Source of the DNA: Eledone cirrhosa
Taxonomy: Eukaryota
Reading direction: 5' to 3'
Length of the DNA: 42,000 nt
Assembly: GCA_964016885.1 (NCBI GenBank)
Contig: CAXHJY010000853.1
Coordinates: 1-42,000 of the forward strand
Below, one piece after another: positions 39,101-42,000 of this stretch. A model generated the notes under the pieces. It ran no database searches, was not told the DNA's origin, and saw nothing but the letters and a program-made list of their open reading frames with translations. Position 1 is the first letter of the stretch. Every line of letters starts with the position of its first letter. Both the position numbers and the translations under genes were made by a program.

Positions 39101-41235
39101 AGTGTCTGCACATATACCAGTAATTACAGATCGATCCGACCACGGGCGGCCGGCCCACGATCGAAAAGGTAACTCCGCCGGCAAATTCGCATTTTTGTGA
39201 TTCGTTTCTTCGAAGCACACCATTCGCTGGTGGACTTCAGCTTCCGCATTTAGCATGGGCAGCTTTTCTTGAACATCACACCACACACAGTCAATGAGTG
39301 TCTGCACATATACCACTAATTACAGATCGATCCGACCAGAGGCGGCCGGCCCACGATCGAAAAGGTAACTCCGCCGGTAAATAGTCATTTTTGTGATTCG
39401 TTTTCTTCGAAGCACACCATTCGCCACCGGACTTCAGCTTCCTCATTTAGCATGGGCAGTTTTTCTTGAACATCACACCACACACAGCCAATGAGTGTCT
39501 GCACATATACCAGTAATTACAGATCGATCCGACCACGGGCGGCCGGCCCACGATCGAAAAGGTAACTCCGCCGGCAAATTCGCATTTTTGTGATTCGTTT
39601 CTTCGAAGCACACCATTCGCTGGTGGACTTCAGCTTCCGCATTTAGCATGGGCAGCTTTTCTTGAAAATCACACCACACACAGCAAATGTGTGTCTGCAC
39701 ATGGACCAGTAATTACAGATCGATCCGACCACGGGCGGCCGGCCCACGATCGAAAAGGTAACTCCGCCGGCAAATTCGCATTTTTGTGATTCGTTTCTTC
39801 GAAGCACACCATTCGCTGGTGGACTTCAGCTTCCGCATTTAGCATGGGCAGCTTTTCTTGAACATCACACCACACACAGCCAATGAGTGTCTCCACATAT
39901 ACCAGTAATTACAGATCGATCCGACCACGGGCGGCCGGCCCACGATCGAAAAGGTAACTCCGCCGGCAAATTCGCATTTTTGTGATTCGTTTCTTCGAAG
40001 CACACCATTCGCTGGTGGACTTCAGCTTCCGCATTTAGCATGGGCAACGTTTCGTGAAAATCACACCACACAGAGCAAATGTGTGTCTGCACATGGACCA
40101 GTAATTACAGATCGATCCGACCACAGGCGGCCGGCCCACGATCGAAAAGGTAACTCCGCCGGTAAATAGTCATTTTTGTGATTCGTTTTCTTCGAAGCAC
40201 ACCATTCGCCGCCGGACTTCAGCTTCCTCATTTAGCATGGGTAGTTTTTCTTGAAAATCACACCACACACCGGCAATGAGTGTCTGCACATGCACCAGTA
40301 ATTACAAATCGATCCGACCACGGGCGGCCGGCCACGATCGAAAAGGTAACTCCGCCGGCAAATTCGCATTTTTGTGATTCGTTTCTTCGAAGCACACCAT
40401 TCGCTGGTGGACTTCAGCTTCCGCATTTAGCATGGGCAACTTTTCTTGAAAATCACACCACACACAGGCAATGAGTGTCTGCACATGTACCAGTAATTAC
40501 AAATCGATCCGACCACGGGCGGCCGGCCACGATCGAAAAGGTAACTCCGCCGGCAAATTCGCATTTTTGTGATTCGTTTCTTCGAAGCACACCATTCGCT
40601 GGTGGACTTCAGCTTCCTCATTTAGCATGGGCAGCTTTTCTTGAACATCACACCACACACAGCCAATGAGTGTCTGCACATATACCAGTAATTACAGATC
40701 GATCCGACCACGGGCGGCCGGCCCACGATCGAAAAGGTAACTCCGCCGGCAAATTCGCATTTTTGTGATTCGTTTCTTCGAAGCACACCATTCGCTGGTG
40801 GACTTCAGCTTCCGCATTTAGCATGGGCAGCTTTTCTTGAACATCACACCACACACAGCCAATGAGTGTCTCCACATATACCAGTAATTACAGATCGATC
40901 CGACCACGGGCGGCCGGCCCACGATCGAAAAGGTAACTCCGCCGGCAAATTCGCATTTTTGTGATTCGTTTCTTCGAAGCACACCATTCGCTGGTGGACT
41001 TCAGCTTCCGCATTTAGCATGGGCAGCTTTTTTTGCAAATCACACCACACACGGCAAATGTGTGTCTGCACATGGACCAGTAATTACAGATCGATCCGAC
41101 CAGAGGCGGCCGGCCCACGATCGAAAAGGTAACTCCGCCGGCAAATTCGCATTTTTGTGATTCGTTTCTTCGAAGCACACCATTCGCTGGTGGACTTCAG
41201 CTTCCGCATTTAGCATGGGCAACTTTTCTTGAAAA
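34771..41235. repeat. Longest S-only block (33 monomers, 195-197 bp), with more heterogeneous monomers
   Basis: No L tail (TGTTGACGTTTAACAC) occurs from 34771 to 41235. The block holds all four 197-bp monomers and many singleton SNPs. Confidence 0.92.
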
Positions 41236-42000
41236 TCACACCACACACAGTCAATGAGTGTCTGCACATGGACCAGTAATTACAGATCGATCCGACCACG
41301 GGCGGCCGGCCCGCGATTGAAAAGGTAACTCCGCCGGCAAATCGTCATTTTTGGATTCGTTTTCTTCGAAGCACACCATTCGCCGGCGGACTTTGTTGAC
41401 GTTTAACACGGTTTGGTTCCACAGCCACAACTATTGATGTTACGGAGCTATCTTGCTGAAATTCACGCCGCACATAGCCAATGAGTGTCTGCACATCTAC
41501 CAGTAATTACAGATCGATCCGATCACGGGCGGCCGGCCCGCGATTGAAAAGGTAACTCCGCCGGCAAATCGTCATTTTTGGATTCGTTTTCTTCGAAGCA
41601 CACCATTCGCCGGCGGACTTTGTTGACGTTTAACACGGTTTGGTTCCACAGCCACAACTATTGATTTTACGGATATATCTTGGTGAAATTCACGCCGCAC
41701 ATAGCCAATGAGTGTCTGCACATGTACCAGTAATTACAGATCGATCCGACCACGGGCGGCCGGCCCGCGATTGAAAAGGTAACTCCGCCGGCAAATCGTC
41801 ATTTTTGGATTCGTTTTCTTCGAAGCACACCATTCGCCGGCGGACTTTGTTGACGTTTAACACGGTTTGGTTCCACAGCCACAACTATTGATTTTACGGA
41901 GATATCTTGCTGAAATTCACGCCACACATAGCCAATGTGTGTCTGCACATGTACCAGTAATTACAGATCGATCCGATCACGGGCGGCCGGCCCGCGATTG

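Larger units (their letters stand above)
1..42000. repeat. Composite tandem satellite DNA array with two interleaved monomer classes (227 bp and ~196 bp) sharing a 158-bp core; continues past both window edges
   Basis: The motif string GTAATTACAGATCGATCCGACCAC...GAAAAGGTAACTCCGCCGG...CTTCGAAGCACACCATTCG recurs every 227 or 195-197 bp from start to end. ORF-track starts step by the same intervals. Hand count: 77 L + 124 S complete monomers between 150 and 41916. Confidence 0.99.

Noticed and set aside
150-41884. About 200 short ORFs (60-97 aa; MWLWNQ..., MQTLI..., MSAHV...)
   Set aside because: They are translations of the satellite monomer. Periods of 227 and 196 are not multiples of 3, many copies are broken by stops or frameshifts, many starts are non-ATG, and no domain is recognisable.
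1-42000. CRISPR-like repeat/spacer reading (constant core with variable inserts)
   Set aside because: The constant part is 158 bp, far longer than a CRISPR repeat. Only two recurring 'spacers' exist, and there are no cas genes or leader.
1-42000. Embedded transposon, inversion, telomeric repeat or unique island
   Set aside because: Monomer lengths sum exactly across 150-41916 with no unexplained sequence, and all monomers have the same orientation.
1-42000. Pure sequencing or assembly artefact (concatemer)
   Set aside because: Variants are linked, position-specific and hierarchically shared among HOR copies, as expected of a real evolving array. Exact copy numbers still need long-read confirmation.

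Overview
The whole 42 kb window is one uninterrupted head-to-tail tandem (satellite) DNA array in a single orientation. It is most likely eukaryotic centromeric or heterochromatic DNA, and the organism cannot be identified from the sequence. I found no credible genes, transposon insertions, inversions or unique sequence. The array interleaves two monomer classes that share a 158-bp core (TCAC...GGACTT) but end in one of two largely unrelated tails: a 69-bp tail gives the long 227-bp monomer (L) and a 38-bp tail gives the short 196-bp monomer (S; 195- and 197-bp variants also occur). Counting by hand from 150 to 41916 gives 77 L and 124 S monomers (100x196, 20x195, 4x197), which sums to the span exactly, plus two partial monomers at the edges. 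L and S runs form local higher-order repeats (HORs) whose period changes along the array: about 1.9-2.3 kb, 980 bp, 3022 bp, about 1.9-2.1 kb and about 3.8-4.0 kb. Diagnostic SNPs mark junction monomers and successive expansion layers. The monomer is rich in dyad symmetry and CpG. All ORFs in the supplied track are by-products of the repeat.
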